64,000 nucleotides of DNA from NCBI GenBank assembly GCA_965215365.1, contig CBDCDS010000003.1, positions 1,984,001 through 2,048,000 on the forward strand. Direction: 5' to 3'. This document shows positions 37,671 to 46,502 of this stretch, piece by piece (position 1 is the stretch's first letter; the number at the start of each line of letters is the position of its first letter). Origin of the DNA: Gammaproteobacteria bacterium (GTDB lineage: Bacteria > Pseudomonadota > Gammaproteobacteria > Eutrophobiales > Eutrophobiaceae). The notes under the pieces were generated by a model. That model searched no databases, had not been told where the DNA came from, and was given only the letters and a program-made list of their open reading frames with translations. A program made the position numbers and the translations under genes.

Positions 37671-38465
37671 TTACGTTCTCACTAAATCGAGTAAAGCATC
37701 AACCAGTCCGGCATCGGTGTTGTCGGTGGCGACTGCGATACGCCCGAATCCGGATTGTATTGCCTGTTGGCATATACGCTCGCTCATTACCACCAGTCCA
37801 GTTTCCAGCAGGCGTTCGCTTTGTTCGTCCGGCGTCAGTTTCACCAGATTGTCCAGCCCGGCCAGACTGGTGATGATGACGACATCCGGTCTTTGATCAT
37901 GCCAGAATTTGTTCATGTCTGCTTGGCTTATGGTGGGTTTTTCGCGCCGATAGACTTCCAGGTAACTGACCTCGGCGCCGCGCGCAAGCAGGGTTGCGCG
38001 CAAGGTTTCGCGACCGCCCTGCCCGCGCACGATAACAACCCGCTGGCCGCGGACCTGCTGCTCGTTGAGGACCGGCAACCGCAACAGCGCATCGCTGCCG
38101 CCACTGTCGATCGGCCCGACCTGCGCAACCCCTAACCCGGACAGGCCCAACTCCGATAGACAACGAGCCGTGGCCTGTCCCACTGCAAGCGCCGTTTTGC
38201 CGCGTAGCATATCGACCAGATTCGGAAACAGGTCACAAGCGTGCACGACGGCATTTTTACTGATAAAAATGATAATGCCGGCGCGCGCCAGCCGTTGCCG
38301 GTTATCAGCGGAGCAAACATCTGCGGACACGGGACGAATGACCAGGGTCGGCAACAACACGGGGACGCCTTGGCGCTGCGCTATCATCCGGCAGAGTTCG
38401 CCTGCCTGTTGCGCCGGACGGGTTACCCAGATCGTTTTGCCCGACAGTTTTGTCGCGGTAGCCAT
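37671..38465 (-). CDS. hemD: Uroporphyrinogen-III synthase
   Basis: VTRP, IFISKNAV, AVGQATA, RGQGGRE, EVYRR. Confidence 0.93.
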   Translation of the reverse strand: MATATKLSGKTIWVTRPAQQAGELCRMIAQRQGVPVLLPTLVIRPVSADVCSADNRQRLARAGIIIFISKNAVVHACDLFPNLVDMLRGKTALAVGQATARCLSELGLSGLGVAQVGPIDSGGSDALLRLPVLNEQQVRGQRVVIVRGQGGRETLRATLLARGAEVSYLEVYRREKPTISQADMNKFWHDQRPDVVIITSLAGLDNLVKLTPDEQSERLLETGLVVMSERICQQAIQSGFGRIAVATDNTDAGLVDALLDLVRT

Positions 38466-38526
38466 TAGCTTGCCTTGTCACTGTTGCCTGTCATTTGTGC
38501 TCAGCTCCTGAGTCCGTCACCCAAGA

Positions 38527-38590
38527 CCATCATCCGGAACCATCATCTGAACCCATTACCTGAGCCCATCATCTGAGCCCATCACCTGGG
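38527..38590. repeat. Five degenerate 12-13-nt tandem copies spanning the hemC 3' end
   Basis: accatcatccgga/accatcatctga/acccattacctga/gcccatcatctga/gcccatcacctgg. Confidence 0.75.
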
Positions 38591-39500
38591 CCAGTATCTC
38601 CCCTGCGCCCTGCGCCAGCAATTTAGCGGCCAGTTCACAGCCGAGCTGCTCGGCGTCATGGGCAGCTCCGCTGATACCGTCCCGCACTACCCTGGAACCG
38701 TCCACAGAACCCACCAGCGCGCTAACGGACATGCGCGCCCCGGACAGCTGCGCATACCCGGCCAGCGGCAGGTGGCAGCCACCGTACAGCTGCCGGGATA
38801 AAGCTCGCTCTGCGGCGACGCACAGTCCGGTTGGCTTGTGGTTCAGGGGCGCCACCAGGCGTTCCACGCGCGCATCGTCGGCCCTGGTCTCAATGCCCAA
38901 CGCCCCCTGGCCGATTGCCGGCAGCATCTGGGTCACGTCCAGGTAGGCGCTGATCCGGTGTGCCTGTTCCAGTCGCTTCATCCCGGCTGCGGCCAGGATC
39001 AGCGCGTCAAAATTGCCGTCATCGAGCTTTTGCAACCTGCTGTTCACGTTGCCGCGAATATCCTGCAGCGACAGCGCTGGCTGCGCGGCCTGGAGTTGGC
39101 ACTGCCGGCGTAAACTGGAGGTGCCGACCCGGGCGCGCGCCGGCAACTCGTCTAGGCACGCATAACGGTTTGACACCAGCACGTCCCGCGGGTCTTCCCG
39201 CTCCATGATCGCGGCGATCTGCAAACCCGGCGGCAGGTCCACCGTTACGTCTTTCATCGAATGCACGGCCAGGTCCGCCTCGTCATGCAATAACGCCTGT
39301 TCCAGTTCCTTGACAAACACCCCTTTACCGCCCATTTCTATCAACGGTTTATCGACAAACCGATCGGCCAGCGTCGTTACCGTCCTGATCGCCACCGTCA
39401 GGCCCGGATGCGTCTGCAACAGACAAGCGCGCACGAATTGTGCCTGCCACAAGGCCAGCGGACTTGCTCTGGTGACGATACGGAGGCTTGCAGTAACCAT
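38556..39500 (-). CDS. hemC: Hydroxymethylbilane synthase
   Basis: TRASPLALWQA, GGKGVFVKELE, AVHSMKD, GTSSLRR, GGCHLP. Confidence 0.97.
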   Translation of the reverse strand: MVTASLRIVTRASPLALWQAQFVRACLLQTHPGLTVAIRTVTTLADRFVDKPLIEMGGKGVFVKELEQALLHDEADLAVHSMKDVTVDLPPGLQIAAIMEREDPRDVLVSNRYACLDELPARARVGTSSLRRQCQLQAAQPALSLQDIRGNVNSRLQKLDDGNFDALILAAAGMKRLEQAHRISAYLDVTQMLPAIGQGALGIETRADDARVERLVAPLNHKPTGLCVAAERALSRQLYGGCHLPLAGYAQLSGARMSVSALVGSVDGSRVVRDGISGAAHDAEQLGCELAAKLLAQGAGEILAQVMGSDDGLR

Positions 39501-39548
39501 TATTGAGGATACACTAACAAAGTTTGTCCGAACTGACAGTACATTTTG

Positions 39549-40496
39549 ATGAAATTGGGCGTAATCATGGATCCCGTTGCCGGGATCAAGGTCGAGAAAG
39601 ATACCACCCTGGCGCTGCTGCTCGCGGCTCAGCGCCGGGGCTGGGAGCTTTACTATATGGAGATGAACGATGTTTACCTGCACGGCGACAGCCCCCGGGC
39701 CAGCGCCCGTATGCTGACCGTTACAGACGCTGCTGCCGACTGGTACCGGTTGCAGTCCCGGACGGAACTGGCGCTGACAGAACTGGACGTACTGCTGATG
39801 CGTAAAGACCCGCCGTTCGATATGGAATACGTCTATATGACTTATATCCTCGAACACGCCGCCGCGGCCGGCACGCTGGTTGTCAACGCGCCGCAGGCCT
39901 TGCGGGACGTGAACGAAAAAGCGTTTATCACGCGCTTCCCCCGGTGTATCGCGCCCACCTTGATCAGCCGCGACCCGGCGCAGTTACGCGCCTTCATCGC
40001 ACAGCACGGCAAGGTCGTGCTCAAACCCTTAGACGGCATGGGCGGCGCTTCGGTGTTCCTGGCGACCAACGGCGACCCCAATACCAGCGTCATCGTGGAA
40101 ACCCTGACCCGCCACGCCAGCCGCTTCATCATGGCGCAGCAATACCTAGCGGCCATCGAACAGGGCGACAAACGCATCCTGCTCATCGACGGCCAGCCAT
40201 ACCAACACGCCCTGGCGCGCATCCCCGCGCCGGGGGAGCTACGCGGCAATCTGGCCGCCGGCGGCGCCGGCAAGGGCGTAGATTTAACCGCTCGGGATCG
40301 CTGGCTCTGCGCGCAGGTAGGCCCGACACTGCGCACCCTAGGGCTGGTATTTGTGGGTCTGGACGTTATCGGCGACTACCTGACCGAGATCAACGTCACC
40401 AGCCCGACCTGTGTACGGGAATTAGAACGCATCTACGGCGATGACATTGCCGGGCAAGTTATGGACTGCATCGCCGCCAAGGCAGGAGCGGGATAA
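39549..40496 (+). CDS. gshB: Glutathione synthetase
   Basis: MRKDPPFD, KPLDGMGG, RGNLAAGG, TEINVTSPT. Confidence 0.97.
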   Translation: MKLGVIMDPVAGIKVEKDTTLALLLAAQRRGWELYYMEMNDVYLHGDSPRASARMLTVTDAAADWYRLQSRTELALTELDVLLMRKDPPFDMEYVYMTYILEHAAAAGTLVVNAPQALRDVNEKAFITRFPRCIAPTLISRDPAQLRAFIAQHGKVVLKPLDGMGGASVFLATNGDPNTSVIVETLTRHASRFIMAQQYLAAIEQGDKRILLIDGQPYQHALARIPAPGELRGNLAAGGAGKGVDLTARDRWLCAQVGPTLRTLGLVFVGLDVIGDYLTEINVTSPTCVRELERIYGDDIAGQVMDCIAAKAGAG

Positions 40497-40502
40497 TGTC
40501 AG

Positions 40503-40527
40503 GCCACCTCTAAAAATTAGAGGTGGC
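40503..40527. repeat. Minimal family-B palindrome (may act as a terminator)
   Basis: GCCACCTCTAA-AAA-TTAGAGGTGGC. Confidence 0.7.
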
Positions 40528-40621
40528 ATCAGATCTTTTCTTCCGGTTCGTGCCGGTGCGGGGCCAGGACGTGAAAACGCCGAATGAACCGGCAACCCGT
40601 CATCCTGTCAATGACTGACCC

Positions 40622-41167
40622 TCAGCACTTGGTAATGCCTTCAGGGCAGGTACTCGGATCGCGGTGCGTAATGAAGCAAGAGCGTAGAAAAGGTTTGGAA
40701 AGGCCGTAACCCGGATCAGGGCTGTAAATCACAAACGTATAATGATGGTCCGGTTGGAGGCCGGTGAACGTATACCAATTGGTGAGTACTGTGTCATCTG
40801 CCTCTTGCACCGTACCTAGTTTCCTTACCATAGGTGTTGATTCTGGCAAACGAGAATCATTCGGCACTACGGCCACATTTACGGTGCCAGAGAAACCAGG
40901 CTGGTGGAAGTCAATCACCGAGACCCTCGCAAAGTTGTGTGTCTTTCTTATAGCTTTAAGACACATTGAGTCGAGTGTATATCCACTGCAGCGTGGATAT
41001 ACTTGAGTGTCGCCCGATGTGGTCACTCCAGAAATTCTTGAGATGCACGCCCCCGGTCCAGCTAGCCTCGCTTCGGCGGGTGGGGCCATCGCCACCACCA
41101 GCGCCAGCGCTACGGCTATCGTGAGGAGGGGGGATTGTGTCTGTTGCTTCATTGTCTGTTGCTTCAT
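40622..41167 (-). CDS. Secreted Cys-containing hypothetical protein with an FN3-like segment
   Basis: Signal peptide; WYTFTGLQPDHHYTFVIY; lower GC than neighbours. Confidence 0.65.
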   Translation of the reverse strand: MKQQTMKQQTQSPLLTIAVALALVVAMAPPAEARLAGPGACISRISGVTTSGDTQVYPRCSGYTLDSMCLKAIRKTHNFARVSVIDFHQPGFSGTVNVAVVPNDSRLPESTPMVRKLGTVQEADDTVLTNWYTFTGLQPDHHYTFVIYSPDPGYGLSKPFLRSCFITHRDPSTCPEGITKC

Positions 41168-41375
41168 TGTCTGTTTCTCTGGGTTCGGTTATGCCACAAT
41201 CTGTCTTAATCAGCCATTCCGGTTGCAGGCTTCGACAGACTGAATTATGAGTTATTATACTTCAGGAATGGGTTATTGTCAAATCAAAGTATCAAATGAA
41301 AGCGGATAAGATGAAAATCGACCGACAGGAGCTCACCATGGCGGCGCTTGTCGATGGTTATAGCGCCGGCAGGGA

Positions 41376-42302
41376 GTGGGCTTGAATCATTCCGCAATGG
41401 CGCGACAGCGGGAACTGTCTTTGCTCGCCGCAGGTGCTACCAAGCCGGTGCTAACGGCCGCCGATCGGCTGAGCTTTACCCTGTGTCTGGCCCTGTTGTT
41501 CCATGCCGTAGTCATTCTGGGTATCGTTTTTGTACCGCAGGACCAGACCAGCTATGAGTTCATGGAGGTCACGCTGGTGCAACAATCCAGTGAGCCGCCG
41601 GCAGACGTCGAGGTGCTGGCGCAGGCCAATCTGCGCGGCGGCGGGGAAGCCGCCGCCGCGCCTGCTCCAGCGCCGCCGCCATTGCCGTCGGCAGAACCAA
41701 CCGAAGTGACGCAACCGGTTGCAGCCCCGCAGCCCGAACCGGCCCTGCAAGCGCCGCCGCCGGCCGCGCCTGAGCCGGAAACCGTTGAGCAACTGGCGGT
41801 TATGAAAGAAGACACCGCCACGGCGATACCGGAACCGCAGGCTGAGCCCAAGACCACGCGCCCTGGCGCCGCCGAGCTGGTCGCGGACAGCTTGCGCATG
41901 GCCGCCTTGAGCTCGGCGGCGGAGCAGCAACAGGAAACCAGCACCAACAATCCCAGAAGAACATTCATTTCAGCCAACACGCAGAAGTACAAGTACGCCG
42001 CCTACATGGAAGCCTGGCGCGCCAAAGTGGAACGCGTGGGCAACCTGAACTACCCGGAAGAAGCCAGAAAAAATAAAATCTCCGGGCAGCTGGTGCTGGA
42101 TGTGGCGCTGAACCCGGACGGCAAGATAAATCAGATTACCGTGCGCCGTTCCTCGGGCCACAAGGTGCTGGACGACGCAGCTATCAGGATTGTGGAACTG
42201 GCCGCGCCGTTTGCGCCGTTCCCGGACGACATCCGCAAGGAAACCGATATCCTGCACATCAACCGCACCTGGCAGTTTATCGACCAGAGCGGCTTCAGGT
42301 AG
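41376..42302 (+). CDS. tonB: Energy transducer TonB family protein (alternative start 41397)
   Basis: Transmembrane segment with His, Pro-rich linker, NYPEEARK...SSGHKVLDDAA. Confidence 0.85.
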   Translation: MGLNHSAMARQRELSLLAAGATKPVLTAADRLSFTLCLALLFHAVVILGIVFVPQDQTSYEFMEVTLVQQSSEPPADVEVLAQANLRGGGEAAAAPAPAPPPLPSAEPTEVTQPVAAPQPEPALQAPPPAAPEPETVEQLAVMKEDTATAIPEPQAEPKTTRPGAAELVADSLRMAALSSAAEQQQETSTNNPRRTFISANTQKYKYAAYMEAWRAKVERVGNLNYPEEARKNKISGQLVLDVALNPDGKINQITVRRSSGHKVLDDAAIRIVELAAPFAPFPDDIRKETDILHINRTWQFIDQSGFR

Positions 42303-42305
42303 GTC

Positions 42306-42349
42306 AGGGAACCTCCAAAAATACCCTCCGTGGTATTTTCAACGGCGCT
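42306..42349. repeat. Family-B palindromic element
   Basis: AGGGAACCTCCAAAAATACCCTCCGTGGTATTTTCAACGGCGCT. Confidence 0.65.
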
Positions 42350-42395
42350 GGCAAGATTGGCAAACAGCACCCGGCCTGAAGGCCGGGCGTGGCGT

Positions 42396-42932
42396 TTACT
42401 CGGGGCTGTAGGGTAGTGATGAGTGATGCAGATTGATCTTCAAATCACCATCAACCAGGACGTAGCCAAAGGTATATTCCACCTTGGTCTCACCACCGTC
42501 CGGGCCGGTGAAGTAGTAGTTGCCCATAGCCATTGCGCAGTCGTCGTCAAGGTAAATACCGTTGTTCTCCCAGCGCACATTGGTCCAGCCTTTGATGGCA
42601 AACCCCGTGTCCTCGGTTCCCTCTTTTCCGACGAAATAGCTCAGCGCTTCGTCGAAGGTTTCACGGAACTGATCTTCCGCCGCCAGGGTCGGCTTGAACA
42701 TAACGCCAGTCTCGCCATAGGCATACAGGTCATTGATGTGCGCCGTCGCACGGGCGGTGTAGTCGCCGCCCTCGGCATGCACCCTGGAAATTGCGACAAT
42801 GCCGTTGCCCCAGGTCTGCTGCGCATCAATGACCGTCTGTTGGGTGATCGGTTGCGCCGCAGCTGAGGCCGCAATGGCGGCAAGGGCGAGGCCGGTGGCT
42901 GTGGCCAGAACCGGATGTGGTTGCTTCTTCAT
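42396..42932 (-). CDS. Exported COG4337-like (iota-type) carbonic anhydrase
   Basis: FKPTLA, ALSYFVG, EDTGFA, AMGNYYF, KVEYTFGY, C-terminal HHSSLPY. Confidence 0.75.
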   Translation of the reverse strand: MKKQPHPVLATATGLALAAIAASAAAQPITQQTVIDAQQTWGNGIVAISRVHAEGGDYTARATAHINDLYAYGETGVMFKPTLAAEDQFRETFDEALSYFVGKEGTEDTGFAIKGWTNVRWENNGIYLDDDCAMAMGNYYFTGPDGGETKVEYTFGYVLVDGDLKINLHHSSLPYSPE

Positions 42933-43090
42933 AATGGATACTTGCTCTTTTGTTTCAGGGAAATTGACGAGAGCGCAGGATCAGAGATCGCGCTGCCGAT
43001 GTTGACTATAGTCACCTTTTCACGCAGCCATGTCAAGACCTGACCGACGACGGACGGCCGCTCTGCCGTTGGCATGGCAATGAATACGCT

Positions 43091-44341
43091 TCAGCCGTCC
43101 GTTACCCGGAATTCAGGCCGCTGCCGGAGGCTCGCAGCTGAGAAGACTTCGTCGCGAAACAGCCGGGGATAGTAGTAGGCCCTGAGCTCGGCATGAAAGT
43201 CGCGCAGCCGTTGTTCATAGGCCAGCGCCGCCGTCATGCTGGTGCCGGCAAGGCCTTGCAGGGCGCGCTCAACCAGCGCCGGCGGTGACAGCCAGGCCAG
43301 CGTTGCGGCCAGCCGCTCACGCCTTAGGCGTCCGGCGCGATAGGCCTGCGACAGCGGTTCGACGGTCTGGTCGCCCACTTGCTGAAAGGCGTAATACCAT
43401 TTCCATTCGAATGTCTGGCGTACTTCTGCGTAGTCGGCCCACTCCGGATGGCGGGCAACGAAGGGCTTCATAGTCGCTGACTTGGGTAAATCCCAGGCGT
43501 CGTTCACAGCTTCCCTTTGGGTGAGCATGATGGCGCCGCCGTCCGGCAAGGGCACGGCGGCCTTCACCGAACCCTCGATGACTGCGGGGACGACCACGGC
43601 CAGTGCCAGCCACGCGCCAAGCAGCGCGGTCAGGTTGACCGGACTGCTCCAGCCAAAGCGGTCGATAGCTGCACAAACGCCCCACCAGAAGCCGCAGTGC
43701 AAGGCGACAACGAAGCTCGCAAGCGCGAGCTTTGAGACGTCCGTTGCGGCCAGCAAACCGCCAACCCAGAGTGGCGCGAGCAGGCACAGCGTCAGCGCCC
43801 CAACCCGCAATACTACGCGCGCCCGCCACGGACTGCCCGGGTTCAGCGCCATGGCGCTGAGCAGTTCATAGCGTCCCGCCGCGCGCTCCCCGGAACGCAG
43901 GTCATGCAGCAGCAGTATTAACAATAGCGGCGCCAGCATGCTCGCGGCAAACGCAAAGTCGAGACGGCCAATCAGGGCAAAGTCCGGGTTGTCCGCGTCG
44001 GTTTCGTAGATTTGCCCTTCCAGGGCGAGGGCGCGGATACGATGTTTCCAGGGCGAGGTGTCGCGCTGGCCGAGCGCGGCAAACGCAAAATCCGGCGGCG
44101 GCGCGTAGGTCAGATGAAAGGTGTAATAAGCGGCGCTGCCCCAGTCCTGTTGCAGCCCCGTTACTACTTCCCGCTCAGCGCGGTCGATTTCGATCAATTC
44201 GTCAAGCACAGTCCGTTGCGCGGCCACCTCGCGCAGACCAAGCAACACCGAGGCGCCGGCGACCAACACGGCCAGCCCCAACCACAGCAACGCCGCCCGG
44301 TCCATTGCGAGAAACCGGAGTTCCGGCAGCAGCCCACTCAC
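43091..44341 (-). CDS. DUF3526-type ABC permease-like protein
   Basis: Transmembrane segments, GERAAGR, WLSPP, LAGTS; paralogous to its neighbour. Confidence 0.8.
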   Translation of the reverse strand: MSGLLPELRFLAMDRAALLWLGLAVLVAGASVLLGLREVAAQRTVLDELIEIDRAEREVVTGLQQDWGSAAYYTFHLTYAPPPDFAFAALGQRDTSPWKHRIRALALEGQIYETDADNPDFALIGRLDFAFAASMLAPLLLILLLHDLRSGERAAGRYELLSAMALNPGSPWRARVVLRVGALTLCLLAPLWVGGLLAATDVSKLALASFVVALHCGFWWGVCAAIDRFGWSSPVNLTALLGAWLALAVVVPAVIEGSVKAAVPLPDGGAIMLTQREAVNDAWDLPKSATMKPFVARHPEWADYAEVRQTFEWKWYYAFQQVGDQTVEPLSQAYRAGRLRRERLAATLAWLSPPALVERALQGLAGTSMTAALAYEQRLRDFHAELRAYYYPRLFRDEVFSAASLRQRPEFRVTDG

Positions 44342-45777
44342 GGCTGCATCCTGCGCACGGCAAGTATGCCCATGGCTGACAGCAGCAGCAACCAGACGCA
44401 GAGCATGGCTGCGGGAGCGCTGGCGCGGGCCAGGCGTGTCGTGGCCGCGGCGGGTCGGAAGGAAAACTCATCGAGCACGTTCCAGTTGTCGGCTGCGATG
44501 CGCGCGCGTCTTGAGGCTTCGGCATCGACGTTACGATTGATGTCATCGAGATAGGCGAGTCGCTCGGTATGGGCGCGATTGAGGCCCTGCACGAAATCGA
44601 AGCGTACCGCTTCGGCGGCGCGCAGGAAACGATGGTGGGTGGCAAGGTCGGTTCCCGCCAGCGCGCGCGAGCCGGCGGCGACCGCCACCACCGGCGACAG
44701 CCAGCCAAAGGCGGCGGCGCGCCGGGCCTGAGCCGCCTCCAGCGCCATGCGCTGTTCGGCATGCCGGTTCATCACCGCCGTCAAACCTGCTTCTGCGGTT
44801 TGGGCGACGATGCCTCGAAAGTTGACCGGCAAGTCTTCCAGCCGGGTCACATCGTATTGCGCCAGCAGGTCTGCCTTGAGCTGCTGAAATGCCGGGGTGT
44901 CGGCGTTGTGACCATCACCGACGGCACGCAGCTCGGCCTGCATGTTGAGGTCGGTCTCTATCTTGCCCGGCGCGGGAATGGCGCGGCGCGCGGACTCCAC
45001 TGCAAGGCGTGGGATAATCAAGGCGCTGGCCAGCCAGAACAGAGTGAGTATGCCGAGGGCCAGACTGCGCGTGCGGGCCCGGCTCGACACGAGCAGGATG
45101 AGGCTGCACCAGACGAGCAGATAGAGCGTATAGAGCATCAGCATGCCGGCGGCGGCGGGCGCCGCCGCCCCCTGTCCGATGGCCGCCGCGCAGACGCCGG
45201 CAAGCGGCAGCAACAGCGCCAGCGACAGACCCGCCAGAGCAATCCACTTGCCAGCGTAGAGCTGAATGCCGGTTACGCCCTGCGCCAGCAGTGGCGCCAG
45301 CGTATTCTCTTCGCGCTCGCGCGTGAGCAGGCCATGACCGATGGCAATCAACAGCAATGGCAGAAATAATTGATAGGCTAAGGCGCTGGTCAAGTCCTCA
45401 AATCCGCCGAGTTCGGCGCTTGCCCGCGCCGCGGCAAACATGGCGGTGTTTTGCTGGTGGCCTTCCAGAAACATCGACTGCCCGGTGACCGGGTCCACGC
45501 CCGGATCGATCATCGCCAGCGGTGGCGGGACGCGGAACACATAATGCCCGTAGTGCACCATGCGATGCGGGTGGCGCCCGGGCTGAGACAGAAAGGTCTG
45601 TTCGGCAACGGCCTGTTGCTGCGTGCGCCCGTGATGTGCCTCGCTCAGCCTGAGCGCGGTAACCACGCTGGTCGCGGCCAGCAGCAGCGCGCAGCTCAGC
45701 AACAGGCCCAACGCCAGCCGCGACCTCAGCCACAGCTGCCATTCCGCTTGGGCGATGGTAAGCAGCTTGCGCATCAT
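44338..45777 (-). CDS. DUF3526-type ABC permease-like protein
   Basis: HPHRMVHYGHY, LEGHQQN, REREENTL, LAGTDLATH. Confidence 0.82.
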   Translation of the reverse strand: MMRKLLTIAQAEWQLWLRSRLALGLLLSCALLLAATSVVTALRLSEAHHGRTQQQAVAEQTFLSQPGRHPHRMVHYGHYVFRVPPPLAMIDPGVDPVTGQSMFLEGHQQNTAMFAAARASAELGGFEDLTSALAYQLFLPLLLIAIGHGLLTREREENTLAPLLAQGVTGIQLYAGKWIALAGLSLALLLPLAGVCAAAIGQGAAAPAAAGMLMLYTLYLLVWCSLILLVSSRARTRSLALGILTLFWLASALIIPRLAVESARRAIPAPGKIETDLNMQAELRAVGDGHNADTPAFQQLKADLLAQYDVTRLEDLPVNFRGIVAQTAEAGLTAVMNRHAEQRMALEAAQARRAAAFGWLSPVVAVAAGSRALAGTDLATHHRFLRAAEAVRFDFVQGLNRAHTERLAYLDDINRNVDAEASRRARIAADNWNVLDEFSFRPAAATTRLARASAPAAMLCVWLLLLSAMGILAVRRMQP

Positions 45778-46496
45778 GCCGCGGCCTGGGCGGCGAAGGC
45801 GGCATGCACCGCTTCGGTGTCGATACGGTTCAGGCCCGAGGGGCGGTCGAAGTGGCCGACGAGTTCGCCTTTGTGCAGCAGGTGGATGCGGTCGGCGACA
45901 TGGCAGGCGCCGTACACATCGTGGGTCACCAGCAAAATGGTGCGGCCGCCTTCGGCAAGGTCCTGGACCAGCCGGTTGAAATCATCGATCGCCGCAGGGT
46001 CGAGACCGGAGGTCGGCTCGTCGAGCAGCAGAATGGGCGCCTCTCTCAAAATTGCCATGGCAATCGCCACCTTTTGACGCATGCCCTTGGAGTAGGTTTG
46101 CATACGCATGGCCCGGGCCTCGACCGGCAAGGCCACGCGCTGCAGGGCGGCATCAAGTGCTTGCTGCTGCGTGTCCGCTTTGGCGAGAGACAGGAAGTAG
46201 CGCAGATTTTCATAGGCATTCAGGTGGCCATACAAGGTGGCCGCCTCCGGCAGGTAGGCGATGGCTTGCCGGGCGGCGCCGATGTTGGCGCGCACATCCC
46301 GGCCGCACACCTGCGCGCAGCCCGACAGCGGTGACAGGAAGCCAAGAAAGGTCAACAAGGCGGTTGACTTGCCGGCACCGTTGCCGCCGAGCAAGGCATG
46401 AACTTCGCCTTGCTCGATGCTGAAGGAGATATCCTTCAGAACTGGCCGGCCGGCGCGTTCGACGCTGAGCGCCCGGGCGCTGAGCATGGGCATCAT
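45774..46496 (-). CDS. ABC transporter ATP-binding protein
   Basis: GGNGAGKS, YSKGMRQK, LLDEPTSGLDP. Confidence 0.95.
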   Translation of the reverse strand: MMPMLSARALSVERAGRPVLKDISFSIEQGEVHALLGGNGAGKSTALLTFLGFLSPLSGCAQVCGRDVRANIGAARQAIAYLPEAATLYGHLNAYENLRYFLSLAKADTQQQALDAALQRVALPVEARAMRMQTYSKGMRQKVAIAMAILREAPILLLDEPTSGLDPAAIDDFNRLVQDLAEGGRTILLVTHDVYGACHVADRIHLLHKGELVGHFDRPSGLNRIDTEAVHAAFAAQAAA

Positions 46497-46502
46497 GGAT
46501 CG

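Noticed and set aside
39501-39857. Long HemC N-terminal extension
   Set aside because: It is antisense to gshB; HemC similarity begins at 39500.
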